DNA from: Leucoraja erinacea
Taxonomy: Eukaryota
Length of the DNA stretch: 64,000 bases
Direction of reading: 5' to 3'
NCBI RefSeq assembly: GCF_028641065.1
Contig: NC_073406.1
Span: 11,222,001 to 11,286,000 of the forward strand
Shown here: positions 1 through 12,900 of the stretch, one piece after another
How positions within the stretch are numbered: the stretch's first letter is position 1
How the letters are laid out: each line of letters starts with the position of its first letter
The notes under the pieces: model-generated
Told to the model about the DNA's origin: nothing
Databases searched by the model: none
The model's input: the letters and a program-made list of their open reading frames with translations, nothing else
Program-made: the position numbers and the translations under genes

Positions 1-215
1 TCTTTTCCCTTTCACCTTAAACCTATGGTCTCTGGTTCTTGATTTCCCGATTCTGGGTAAAAGTATCTACCCTATCTATTCCCCTCATGATTGTATATAC
101 CTCCATATGATCACCTCTCATTCTCCTGCGATCCAAAGAAAACAATTCCAGCCTGTCTAACCTGTCACTATAGCTCAGGCCCTCACACATTGGCAACATT
201 CTCGTAAATCTCATC
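1..215 (-). mobile_element. CR1 LINE ORF2 3' fragment
   Basis: [31 protein letters not shown] motif in ORF 23..352. Confidence 0.85.
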
Positions 216-719
216 CTGAGGATCTCAGGATCCTTTATCCTGGGACTTTGTTTGTAGTTCGAGACTCTACTGAGAGGTGACCCTAATATTCTCCGCCTAC
301 CCCATTCTGAATCTTCTACTTTTCCAACTGAACAACAATGGGGAAAAATCATGATTCCTCACACTCTCTGTATCAGATGATATTTGATACTATAATTTGT
401 AAAGTATGTCACAAATGGTTCCATGTTTAGTAAATCACTGCCATCACACATAATATTGCTCAAATCAAAAACAGTTCAGGTACTGCTGATTTCCACTTAA
501 CACCTGTCAATACTTACATCGTGTAGTTCAATTATTTCAGAATTGGAAAGACAATTAATTTTATTTACCAATCCATTTTTCTGCCAGAATATCTCACAAA
601 ATCATGTGCTACTGCAACTTAACAGTTCCGGGATTAATGACCTAAAATGAAATCTTTTCACAACCCATTGCAAATTGGCTTGGTATGAAGTAACAACATG
701 GAACTAAAGCAAAATTTAC

Positions 720-957
720 CTTCTTTTAAGCCGCTCACCAAGCTCTCATCAGGGCTTTCTTTGGTGCTGGTCTCTGTGCTCTCACTTTCAGAAACAGTCT
801 CCGAACCATTCTGTTCAGGTTCTGTCTCCTGGTTCCCATTTTCTTCCACATCTGCATGACTTTTAATGTTCAAGTCTTTATCTAGATTTGCATCTGGAAC
901 TGCCTTATCTTGTTCCGCTTCTGGTTCAGTTTCAACTGCAAGCTCTTCAAGTTTAGG
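720..957 (-). CDS. EIF4G3: EIF4G3 exon [11 protein letters not shown]...[23 protein letters not shown]...LKE (238 nt)
   Basis: atacttcag acceptor, GAAG|gtaaat donor, phase 0-1; similar to mammalian VEENGEEAEPVRNGAESVSE upstream of the eIF4E-binding site. Confidence 0.88.
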
Positions 958-3900
958 CTGAAGTATAAATGGACACGTTACCTCAAATATTTACTATCCC
1001 ACAAAAAACACAACTAACACTTTTGGAGGAAATCATTCACCTTCATTGAGCCCTCTTTACATCCTATCACCCTTTTATGTTTATACAAAACATGTTTTAG
1101 GATATTCACAGCAGAGACTGATTCGCATGTCAAGAGCCAAGCCCTTACTTTAAGCAAAAGTTCCTTTATAAATATCAGAAGGCAATGTTCTTTTTCTTGT
1201 CTGGTCTGCCACTTTATAATCTAGTTGACTGGGACCAATTGAACTATTTCTAACTAACTAATCACATCGACAGAAAGATGATATTGTTTTAAAAGAAAAT
1301 ATTTTTAATAATTAGGACTGTCTTGTACAAATGAAATTTCTGCTTTGTGCAACTAGCCGGTAAATAGTTCTTTTTCAGTTATTTTCTGCACACATATTAA
1401 ACTTATTTTCTAAGCATTAACCAGCATTATTTCATTTCCTTTAGAATTGTTTCTCAGCACAGAACATGACACTGAAATCAGAGCAACAAAATAAAAATTT
1501 GCATTTTACATTTTAAGGTTCCACAGATATTTGGCAGGTAATGGCACCTTAAATGGCTTTTTACTAAATTAGAAAATATCTGATCCAATAATGTCTGCTA
1601 AATTTGGGCTTTTTTCTGAAATATTGAACAATCGCTACAGATTAGATTCCACTGGACAAAGAAAATTAAATCAGCACAAAAGCCACCACATGAAATCATA
1701 CACAAAAATCTGCTTAACAAAAACAAGCGATCTCAATATAATATGTAAATCAGTAAGAGCATTATTCTTGGGTATTTATCTCCAAATAAAAGACAGGACA
1801 GTTGAGCACATTAGTCTATAATCTTACCGATTTCCCTCAGTTAATAAAGCATCTTTATAATGAAAAAAAAGGTGATAGCTTCCCAATATTTTATACGGAA
1901 AATTTTTAGTTTGCTACATAGCACGAAGAAGATGGTGATGCAAAATGTGGACAGATGATTTATGTTCGAGGTGGTAATGTATGAGAGGAAGATCAAAGCA
2001 TTTCACTGACCCACAGATGCCAATCACTTTCAGAGCACGTTTGTTATGGTAAAAACTCATTGTCCTCTGAGCTGGGAGTGCTCCCTGTGCTCTAGACATT
2101 GCCCAAGCAGCAATTCCCAAGTGGGCACTTCATGTTGTATATTATTCAAAAGATGGTAATGTGGCCTGACGCAGTCTCTCGGATTTAGTCAGTCAATTAA
2201 TGAAACAAGTAAAGATGTCTTAATGGTGCTGGTAACCAGTGTCTACCTGGCATTACTTGAATTGAAATTCTAGCAAGAAATGTATTCCTCATACATCATT
2301 TTAGTGAGAAAAACTATTGTTAAGCCACAAATCATATTAAATAATAACATTTTCTGAAACAAAGATTTATTAAGTGAATGGCCACTAACCAGGGAGACCT
2401 TTATAGTTATAATTAATGTAAAAGAAAACAAGTAAATAAAAGTTAATTCTGGAAAACGCTGGAGCCTGGCAGTAAATATTACACTTCGCCTTAAAAGCAG
2501 TTCCTTTTCTACATTGTGAGCAAAGCAATGTAATCCATTTAATAGGGTGCCATATTAGACATTACTGCATAATAATCATGGTTTTGACAGTAATAACTTG
2601 GCATTAAGAGTGGATTAGGTAACTGGCAGAAAACTGAGTTGGATACATTTTTAACTCTGCAAACTGGAGCAGCGAAGTGGCACAGGGATTATGATGGGGT
2701 ATTATATTATTAATAACTTTAAGGGGCAGAATATTATGTAGTTACATTTGCTGACAGTACAAAGATTAATGCAAAAGCAAGCTGCGAGGACCCAAACTGC
2801 CTGCAAAGTGATATGGATAGAATAAATGAGTGAGCAAACATTTGACAGAATGAGCATAAAATGGGGATGTGCGAGATTATTTGCTTTGTTAACAACAGAT
2901 GGCAAAATATTGTTTAAATGGTAAAAGGCTGTAGAATAATGTAGTGAGGGAATGAAAGATCTTGCTTTAATGTAGAGATAGCAAACAATTAGATGGATTA
3001 TTGATCCCTATTGCAAAAGGGATGAAGCATAAAAGTAGGTAAGAACACACTGATCCTCTTATTTGAGGGAGATATCTGGAGAAGCTTTACCAAGTTAATT
3101 CCTCTGAAATGGTCAAGTAAGTTTGGCCTATATGCATAAGAGTTTAGAAGAATGCAATGTGATTTTATTCTAAGATTCTGACATTACAGGATAGATGCAG
3201 ACAGAATGTTTTCTGCAATGGAAGAAATCCAAAATTAGGAGACAGTGTCGCAGAAGGGGTAGCTAACCTGAGAGAGATGAGGGATTACTTCTGAGAAGAT
3301 TATGAAACTTCAGAATTCTCCAAAAGCTGTGGAGGCTACAGTTAGGGCAACACAGATTTCTGGATAACAGGTGAATCAAGTGTTATGGGGGAAACTGACA
3401 TTAATATTGGGATTTAGGTTATAATCAAATTAGCTATGAACTTAACAGTGGGGCTGAAGCGAGCAGTTGATCTGATCTTGCTCCGATCACTTGCAGTCTT
3501 ATTTTTGTCTCTCCATTTAAGATAGCAGATAGGTAACACAATTGAGTAGGTATGTTACAAAACCTACCTGAATCGTCATTGGGAATCTGCCCTCAGCCAT
3601 GGGATTTTGGCGCTGTTGATCTGCGATCTTGGCTCCGCAGATCACCTAGTAAATCATTAACGAAAAATCGCTGCAAGACCCGGTCGCAAAAGGTATTATT
3701 ATTTTTGTCTCGAATAATAGTTAAATAATTTTTAAATGACATCTCACTCCGCAATCTCTCGCAGGGGTTTTAACAAACAATTAAGGTATGTACCTTGGAA
3801 TATATAACCCTGTAAAAGTTATCTATAGCGAGTAGTTCATTTTGGGCTTTTTATATCCCGCAGTATTTTTCTCGGCATTTGGGGCACTAATCCAGCGCGA

Positions 3901-6900
3901 TGAAATCACATGAACCCACTGAGAGCCGATTTAAATGGGCATTCGCTAAATTCCTTCCATTTGGCCTATAAATTAATGTAAATTAGATATAAAAATCATG
4001 TTATATTGTGAATTATTTGTGAATAATCTTTGGACACTTAGGCTATTTAAAAATGTTAATCTTTCCTTAAGAAATGGGCTTTGACTATCCAAGATCACAG
4101 CTTTTTTGTAATGTCCATTGAAAATCAATAGGGAACAAGATGCTAATTTCCGAGTATGAAAATGGCCATAACTTTTTTAATACTTGAGATATGAAAGTGA
4201 ATTTTCAAACTTATGCTTTATCTGATGGGATAAATTGCAGACTTGATTTTTTTTTAAATCTCAAAATTTTGTAACATTGCTAAATTGAGGTAATTGGAAT
4301 AATAACCAAATGAGTTTGGATAGATATTTATGTCTGGTGAAGAAATCTTCAACCTGAGAGCGCAATCGCTTAGATTAGTATAAATCATTTTGATTTTTCC
4401 ATTATAAAGTGGAGGATTCATTCTTCCAAAGATTATGGAAGTAATGTAAATTGAAATTTTCAAGGCTGGGTTATTTTGGTCAGAGTAATTAAAGGAGTAC
4501 TAATAAAGTTGGGTTAATGGTGATGAGATAATCGGTCAGTATCTAAAAGAGAGTAGATTGGCTTGAAGGATGAATACGAAAACCCAATTTTAAACATTGT
4601 CTTAATATGTACCTGATGCAGTTTCGGTAATGTGGTGGTTAAATACATTGGTGAAGAAATCTTCAAGTACAATGAAAGATGGCATAAGGCTTTTTGAGAT
4701 CACCAAGCACTGTGGCTGTTCAACCAATAAGGCTACCTAGAAGGGAATATCTAAGATTCCAGCACCGTGGGTATTAATACTATTTTCCTGCACTTCCAGT
4801 ACCCACTGACACCAGTGGAAGATAAATAGGAACAGATTTCATGTCAACCGTTGCTTATGAAATAGTTCACATTAGTTAACAAAATGGAATGCATGTTTCA
4901 TTCGTAAGAGTTGATCCCAACACAAAAATGCATAGCAAAGTAAACCATCTCAATACATCAAATGATTAAGTGGATAAAGTAACCCTTACCTCTTCACTGA
5001 TCTCTAACAAATCCTCATCAGGTTTGTTCCACTCTTTTGGATTCTTCTGCATCTTTGGTGCAGTAATAGGCATCTGGACTGTAATACAGGTTGAGGCCCA
5101 TTACTTGCTTGGTTCAGCTTCAACAGCTTAAATCATTGGAATTAATTACACTACTGTTGTTTTGTATTCATAGCAAAAATCTACATCAATCTGTATTCAA
5201 ATATAGGATTATTCAAAATCCCTGGATGTCTAAGGTTTTAAGTGTTTGGCTAATTGCATTTGAGAAAAACCTAATTATTAATTAACATACATTAGAATGC
5301 TCCCATGAACAAAAGGCTAATATTATTGTATACAAATGGACGTCTACATTTTAATGGGTCCAACACCAATTTTTCTTCAGTGTTTATGTTGATTTGACTG
5401 GAGAGTATTTATGTTTTCAAATGGATGCTAAATATGAATAAAAAGCTACTTAGTCAGCAAATGTACCAGAACGTTTTTTGACCCTCCGAGGAAAAATAAT
5501 TTTACATTTCCAAATCCTAGTCCTTCCAAGTGGACAGAAAATAAAGATTCTGTATTGGAAATTGTAAAAATATGCTTGCCTAGTTCCTTGACAAATAATG
5601 GGCTGATTAGAAACCAATGTTTCCCAAGATAACAACTGTTTAGCTCTATGTATCCACATTTTCCAGGTTTCCATAACTCCATATAGAATGATCTGAAGAT
5701 CAGATTTAAGGAATCTGATCTCTTGCTCCAGCTCCCCTCTGGGATTTAGCATAGGTTCCAGGGGTATTCAGTTACTTAATGAACAGATAGCCCCTCAACT
5801 CTAGTGGGGCCATGGATTATACATCTATAGTGGCCCATTCAATTGAATATGGTAGTTAAACTTCAGTAAATGGAAATTAAGAATGACAACCTGAAAGCAT
5901 GGATTGCAGAGCATTTCAGTATTCTAGTACTTGAAAATCAGTATTTTGGAGGAAATCAGTATTTTTACATTGTGCCATTTTGCTGAAAAAATATGGTTTT
6001 TTTATGTGCGGTCATACCCATGAAAGAGTACAAGAATGCATAACCCTGCTACCAATTGACATGTCTTCTGCGCACCTTACGTGACAGTGCATTAATTGCC
6101 ATAAAGATCACAGGAGTTAAACAAAAATATGAAGTTATGCTTACAATCAAATCAAACATGATCTTATAGAATGAGATTGCAAAAGGAGGGATGCAATGAT
6201 TGTAATTTGTATGTATGTTTGCACAAAAGGTTTTTTTGATAGAATCTGGTCTACTAAGTTTAATGTGTGTTATCAGCAGCAATAATAATAGAAGCAATGG
6301 ATGGTACAGAGAGAATGTGTTTGAAAGAGCAAATAATGTGTCCATTAAAGGCAGTTAAGCTCTTTTGGCTCTGCAATATATGTTGTAAAGTCTGTGAAAT
6401 GTTATTAATCTGGCTGACTGGAACATGTTCAGTAACAGAGCATTTGAATATTTTGAAGGCTTCCTCAGAATTCTGATTTGCAATGAAATGGAAAAAAAAG
6501 CTCTGGAATTAAGCAGAAGTGCAAAATTAAGATTTAAGATCATGATCTCAGTCATAGATCTTGAGTGATGGTGCAAGTTTGAGGGGTTCGATTTCCATCA
6601 GCAGCTAGATGTGTATCATATTCAATACATATATTTCAATAAAGCACATGACAAATGCTTAATATCAAATTTCTGACCCAAGCTAAATGACATCAAATTT
6701 GTTTACATAAATGAAATCATTATTGAAATTGTACTAAGGGTAGCTTGAAATGTCTGAACAGAATGATAGGATGCGTTTACATAAGTTTCCTGATCCCAAT
6801 GTACCAAGGAAAGTAAATTATGAGCAGAGCCTGCGTATTAACCACTGTTAAGAGGAAAATCAAAATTTTCCACAACTTTGCAGGGCATCTGAAGAATGAC

Positions 6901-9900
6901 TGGCAAAGTGTACACGAAATGTGAAACCAAAGCAAAGGAAATTGAAGCCATTAGCATAAAAAAGTCACAGCAACCCTATACTGAATGTAGCAACCATGTT
7001 ACCTGTGATGGGTAATTATACAATTAAGATTAAACAAGATATTTATACCTAACAGGCAAAAATGCAAAAACTATTTGATGAAATAATTAATAAAGTCCTC
7101 TGAGCTTTGTTTTCAAAGCGAGACAATCTATCCTCCAACAGTCCCACTTAGACCACAACACCAGCTTATTTGTTTAAACAAAAATGAACAGATCCTCCAG
7201 TCCAGCAAATAAATTAAATCATGCTGAACCGAAGGGTGTTTTAAGACACACAAAGAGGCCAAAATGTGGAAAAAACAGATTAATATTGCTATATACAGAT
7301 TCTTAAAAATACTAAGAACTAACCTTGGGTTGAGAGGCTCATTACATGATCTACTACATCCTTTCCCTGTTATAATCAAAATGATCTGGATTTTTTCTTC
7401 AATGGATTAAGTGGTCACATTCGCAACAATTAAACCAACGGTTTGAGCACAAGCAATAAAATAGTTGTATATTTAATTTAACTGTCGATCTCTTTAAAAT
7501 AATACAATCTGATTAAATGTAGTTAGAAAAATTGCAACACCCTGTAAAGAATAAAAGCAGATTATAGTTCACTTTCTACATTAAGTTAATTGTTATGGTG
7601 TGGAATCCACTAGTTAGAGATTCTTAGACTGTATGGCATAAAACGCCTCTGAGTTCGAATGTCATGCTACTTGTTAATTCCAGGCCTTTGAATGCTTCAC
7701 TAATAAACACACCACGTTTGGAGTATTGTGGGCAGTTCACAAGAATGATCCCAGGGATAATTGTATTAATGTATGTTGAACATTTGATGGCTCTGGGCCT
7801 GTTCTAGGAGTTTAGATGGATGAGGGAGAATCTCATTGAAACCTACCGGATAATGAAACGCCTAGCTGGAGTGGACATGGAAAGGTTGTTTCCAGTAATG
7901 GGAGAGTCTAAAACCAGAGTGCACAGCCTCAGAATAAAATGTTATTTCAGAATACAAATGAGGAGGAATTTATTTAACCAGATGGTGGTGGATCTGTGAA
8001 ATTCTTTGCCACAGACGGCTGTGGAGGCTATCATTGAGTATTTTTAAAGCAGGGATTGATAGCTTCTTGATTAGTAAGGATGTCAAAGGTTACAGGGAGA
8101 AGGCAGGATAAAGGGGTTGAGTGGGAAAAATAAGATGAGCCATAATTGGGTAGACTCGATGGGCTGAATGGCCTAATTCTAGTCCTGTCTTATGATCTTA
8201 TACAAGTGATACAGCCACCAAATAGTTAAAGGATGCATGTCAACAAGTGCACCACTTCTGGGAAAAATATAAATTAAAAAAACTGCAACAAAGGGATTGG
8301 GGATCTAAATTTATATCCAATTTTAACCTTCGTACATCATAAAAAATATCCTATAAAGCATAAAATAAAAATCCTATAAAGTAGCAAAATACAGTAAGTG
8401 AAAATAAAAACACGGCAGATATTAGAAATCTGAAATAAAAACAGAATAAGCTGGAAACAGTCAGCATGTTCATCAGCATCTGTGGAAGGAAACATAACAT
8501 TTCAGGTTTGGAACCCCTTAGCTGAGTGTTTCTATGCTTTTCTGTTTTTATAGCAAGATATCTTAACTTTCGTATGCATGTTAAACCATACATTCTTCAG
8601 TAATTCAAAGCCACCTCATAGCAAAATATTTAAGGCTTCACTGTTGCCTTTAATATTTTGCTGGATAGCAGGAATTATGTTTCCCTGTCCAGGGTGTCTA
8701 GAACCTGGATTTTGTTCTTATAATCAGGGGTCATCCAATTATCAGGGATTTAAGAATATTTGTCACCCAGCAGGCGTTCAATTATTTATGGAGGGCGTCT
8801 TCGGAGGTTCGTTATTGAATTTATTCAAAACAGAGATCGATAGATTTTTAGCTATTAACAGAATTGTAGGTTATGGGGTTAGTGTGGAAAAGTGGCCCTT
8901 AGGTTAACCATCATCTATAATCTCACCAAAGCGCAGAGCATGCACAAAGGGCTGAAGATATCTGCTTCTATTTCTTACATCCTTTCTGCTTATATATGTT
9001 GGAATGAGTTGCAAGAATTGGTATCTCAGAATATATTTTTGGCAAAATGGAAAAAGAACCACAATTAGTCCTTTCTCACATCAGGTGAAGCGGAAATCTA
9101 AGCAGGCAGATTAACGTTAAAAATTCCAGCAACAGAATTTAGATAATGCGTCCAAACACATATCGGAAAGTGCAGCATGTAACAGCTTCATCAAATATTG
9201 TAGCTGTTAAGAAAGTGACAAAACATCACCCTTTAGTTCAGTATTCCTTAACTGGTTTGATATTCTGTTGTGACGAGCTGAGCCACTTTGGTCTCGAACC
9301 GTTGTTCGTCGAGCTCGAGCACTCGCGTGGAACTGGCGTGATGTGGGCCAACGAATCAACGCCGACCTGGTTGGTCAGCTGGCGGGATGCAGCGGACGAC
9401 AGAGCTAGTCTTCACTTCAGTCAACACATTAACACACACCATGCCTTTTTGTACTAATTGTTGAACTGAGTGTTCAAATATTAAACAGAGTTTATACAAC
9501 ACGTGAAACTCTTCAGTGGCGACCCAGACGATCCAAAACGGCCTCTTTTGGAATTCATCATGCCTGGAGGAGATAACCCAGATCAGCAGAACGCAGTTTC
9601 ACTCAAACTGCCCACCTTCTGGACATCACAGCCCCAAGTGTGGCTTGAACAGGCTGAAGCCCAATTCCACATCCGCCAGATAACTGCCGACGACACCAAG
9701 TACTACTCCGTGGTCAGTGCACTGGGCCAGGAAACTGCCGGGCGCCTCATTGATTACCTTCACCAGCCACCAGCCGACAACAAGTACGATGGGATCAATG
9801 CGTTCCTCAAGGACACATTCGGTCTCAGCCCCCATGACAGGATGGCAAAACCCCTGCATATGGATGGCCTAGGCAACCGTGCTCATGAATTAAATGTTCG

Positions 9901-12900
9901 CCCTGATGGATGGACGCAAGACCTGCCACCTTTTCGAACAGGTCTTCCTCGAGCAAATGCCTGAGGACATCCGCCTGCTCCTCGTGGATGACGATTTCAC
10001 TGACCCTGACGGCTGGCAACCCGTGCAGACATGCTGTGGCAGGCCAAACAGCAGGTGGCGGCTGTGCCTCGGCATGTCATACGGGTGGTCCCAGCCTTCA
10101 CGGAAGGAACGTGAGTGACGTCGGCCACGAACGGCGCCAGCAAGGACAAGTGGTGCAACTATCATCAAAGGTGGGGCTACAGGGCCCGCCGATGCCAACC
10201 ACCCTGCACGCATCTGGGAAATGCCTCGGTGGTGGCAACTGCGGCCGGCCAAAAACATCGCCTCCTCTACACCTGGGATCGTCATTCTGGGCGACGTTTT
10301 CTCATTGACACAGGAGCAGAGGTCAGTGTTTTGCCCCCCCTCAGGCACACACACTCGTTCCGGAAAGAAGTGGCCTCCCATGACCGCTGCCAACAGCAAC
10401 ATCAGAACATACGGAGTCCACACGATCCCGTTCAACTTCAACTCCTGTCGCTTCAAGTGGACCTTTACTGTCGCCGATTTCTCACAACCACTGCTGGGCG
10501 CTGACTTCCTCCGGGTTGACGTGAAAGTACGACATCTCGTTAATTCTGAGACGTTCGAGTCGATCGCCTTGCACCACGCCGAATTGACTGCGCCCCACCT
10601 GGGCTCGATGACCTCAGCCCGTGGGCATCCCCATGTCACATGGTCCTCAATGCATCTAGGCGCTGGAGACCCTGTGGGGACTAGCGCCATCTCAACGACG
10701 TCACATCGGTCGACCGGTACTCTTGTCCCTCACATCCAGGACTTCACGGTTAACACTGGATGGTGACAAAGTATTTTCCTAGATCAACCTGGTACGTGGT
10801 GGCTACCATCAGATTCCGGTCCACCAGGACGACATCCCCAAGATGGCCCTCATCACCCTGTTCGGACTCTTCGAGTTCCTGCGTATGCCTTTCGGCCTCA
10901 AGAACGCCACCCAAGCCTTCCAACGGCGCATGGACATGACTGGCCGCAGGCTGGACCATGTTCATCTACCTCGACTACATCCTCGTCACCAGCTGCTCTC
11001 GCCAGGAACACCGCGCCTGGCCATCAACCTTGCCAAGTGTTCGTTTAGCCTCACTTCCATCAACTTCCTCGGCCACCACATCAACCAGCACGGTGCAGTC
11101 CCGGTCCCGACCAAAGTCAAGGCTATTCGCAAGTTTGCCAAAACCTCTATTGTGAAGGGATCCCACCGCCCACTGGATCGCCCGCTTTAGCGTGCCGGCA
11201 GACATCTCCTCCGACAGAGGTGGACAGTTCACCTCCGAGCTGTGGTCAACAAGGGCCCGGCTACTTGGCACTATGCTGCACCACACAACGGCCTACCACC
11301 CACAAGCAAACGGCCTAGTGGAACTTTTTCACCGGCACATGAAGGCATCCCTCAAGGCATGGCTCACAGCCCTAGACTGGGTGGACAAATTGCCGTGGTT
11401 CATGCTAGATATATGTACTGCCCCAAAGGAGGACCTGGCAACTTCCTTGGCCAAGCTGGTGTACGGTGCCCCGATTACGGTCCCAGGGGACTTCATCCCG
11501 GTGGCACGTGGACATCAAGAACCGCCCATGACCATGCTGACATGCCTCCCTGAGAAGGTGGGCACGCTTTCTCCAGTCCCATCGTCCCGACATGGTCTCA
11601 GGACCACGCACGTCCCACATGGCCTCCAGAATTTCCTTCGCCGAGATTCCCACCATACACCACTGCAAAAGCCTTACGAGGGACCCTTCAGAGTACTGCA
11701 AAACGACACCACGGCTTTCATCGACATTGGCGGCAGACATGAGACTGTCTCTGTGGACTGTCTTAAGCCAGCACACCAGGAGATTGACCAACCAGTGCAG
11801 GTGGCACACCCCCACCGCAGAGGGCGTCCACCATAAGGACCATACCCGCCCTCAACTCAACCAGCTGCAACTCCGGTTTTGGGGTGGGTTTGGTGGCAGA
11901 TCGAGCCACATTGGTCTCGAACCGTCGTTCGTCGAGCTCGAGCACTTGCGTGGACCTGGTGAGATCTGGGCCGGACAATCAACGCCGACCTGGGTGGCCA
12001 GCTGGCAGGGTGCAGCGGACGATGTAGCTAGTCTTCACTTCACAGCCAATATGTTAACACACACACCATGCCCTTTTGTACTAATTGTTGAACTGAGTGT
12101 TTAAATATTAAACTGAGCGTTTATGCAACACGTGAACCTCTTCACTTCACAAAATAAAAAATGGTATTGGGAAACTATTCTCCTGGCCTGGTACAAAATT
12201 CTAGTGACTCAGAAGTCTGAGGCTTCTGCCAGTGCTATCAAATGTGGACATTGCACATTTCCCGTGATATTCAGAATGACAAATTTGTCAGTTCACTTCA
12301 CCAGTAGACTTGTAGAACATAGAATTGCACAGCACAAGAACAGGCCCTTTGGCCCATAATGCCCATGCCAAACTGAGACCAAGACCATCTCTTATCCACC
12401 CAACCATAATCCATAATCTCTCCATTCCTTGCATATCTTGAGATCTATCCAAAAGCCTCTTAAATGCCATTACTATATCTGCCTCAACCACCAACCCTGG
12501 CGGCATGTTCCAAGCACTCACTATCTCTGTGCAAAAAGGTTTCATCGCACGTCTCCTTTGAACTTTGCCCCTCTCATCTTAAAGCCATGCCCTCTAGTAT
12601 TTGACATTTCCTTCCTGGGAAAAAGGTGCGGACCGTCTACCCTATCTGTGCCTCTCATAATTTGACATACTTCTATCAGGTCACCCTGCAACATCCAGAG
12701 AAAACAATCCAAATCTATCCAACCTCTCCCTATAGTTTATATCCCCTAATCCAGGCAACATTCTGGTAAAACTCCTCAGCAACCCTATCCGAAGTCTACA
12801 CATCCTTCCAGAACTACACACAATATTACAAATGTAGACTAACCAATCTCCTAAAAAGCTGCATCATGACATCCTGATTCTCATGCTCAATGCCTCTACC

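Larger units (their letters stand above)
9269..12144 (+). mobile_element. Ty3/Gypsy LTR retrotransposon, internally deleted and frameshifted
   Basis: Two LTRs of about 250 bp; PBS-like TGGCGACCC at 9517; G-rich PPT before the 3' LTR; gag (KLPTFW..W..QAEAQF), Cys/His knuckle, protease DTGA, RT ([14 protein letters not shown]) and integrase ([20 protein letters not shown]). Confidence 0.93.

Noticed and set aside
9626-11978. Long minus-strand ORFs such as 9890..10690
   Set aside because: Explained by the GC-rich antisense strand of the Gypsy pol region.
9262-12148. TSD for the Gypsy element
   Set aside because: Flanks ctgt/cttc or attc/cttc do not match exactly, so no TSD is claimed.
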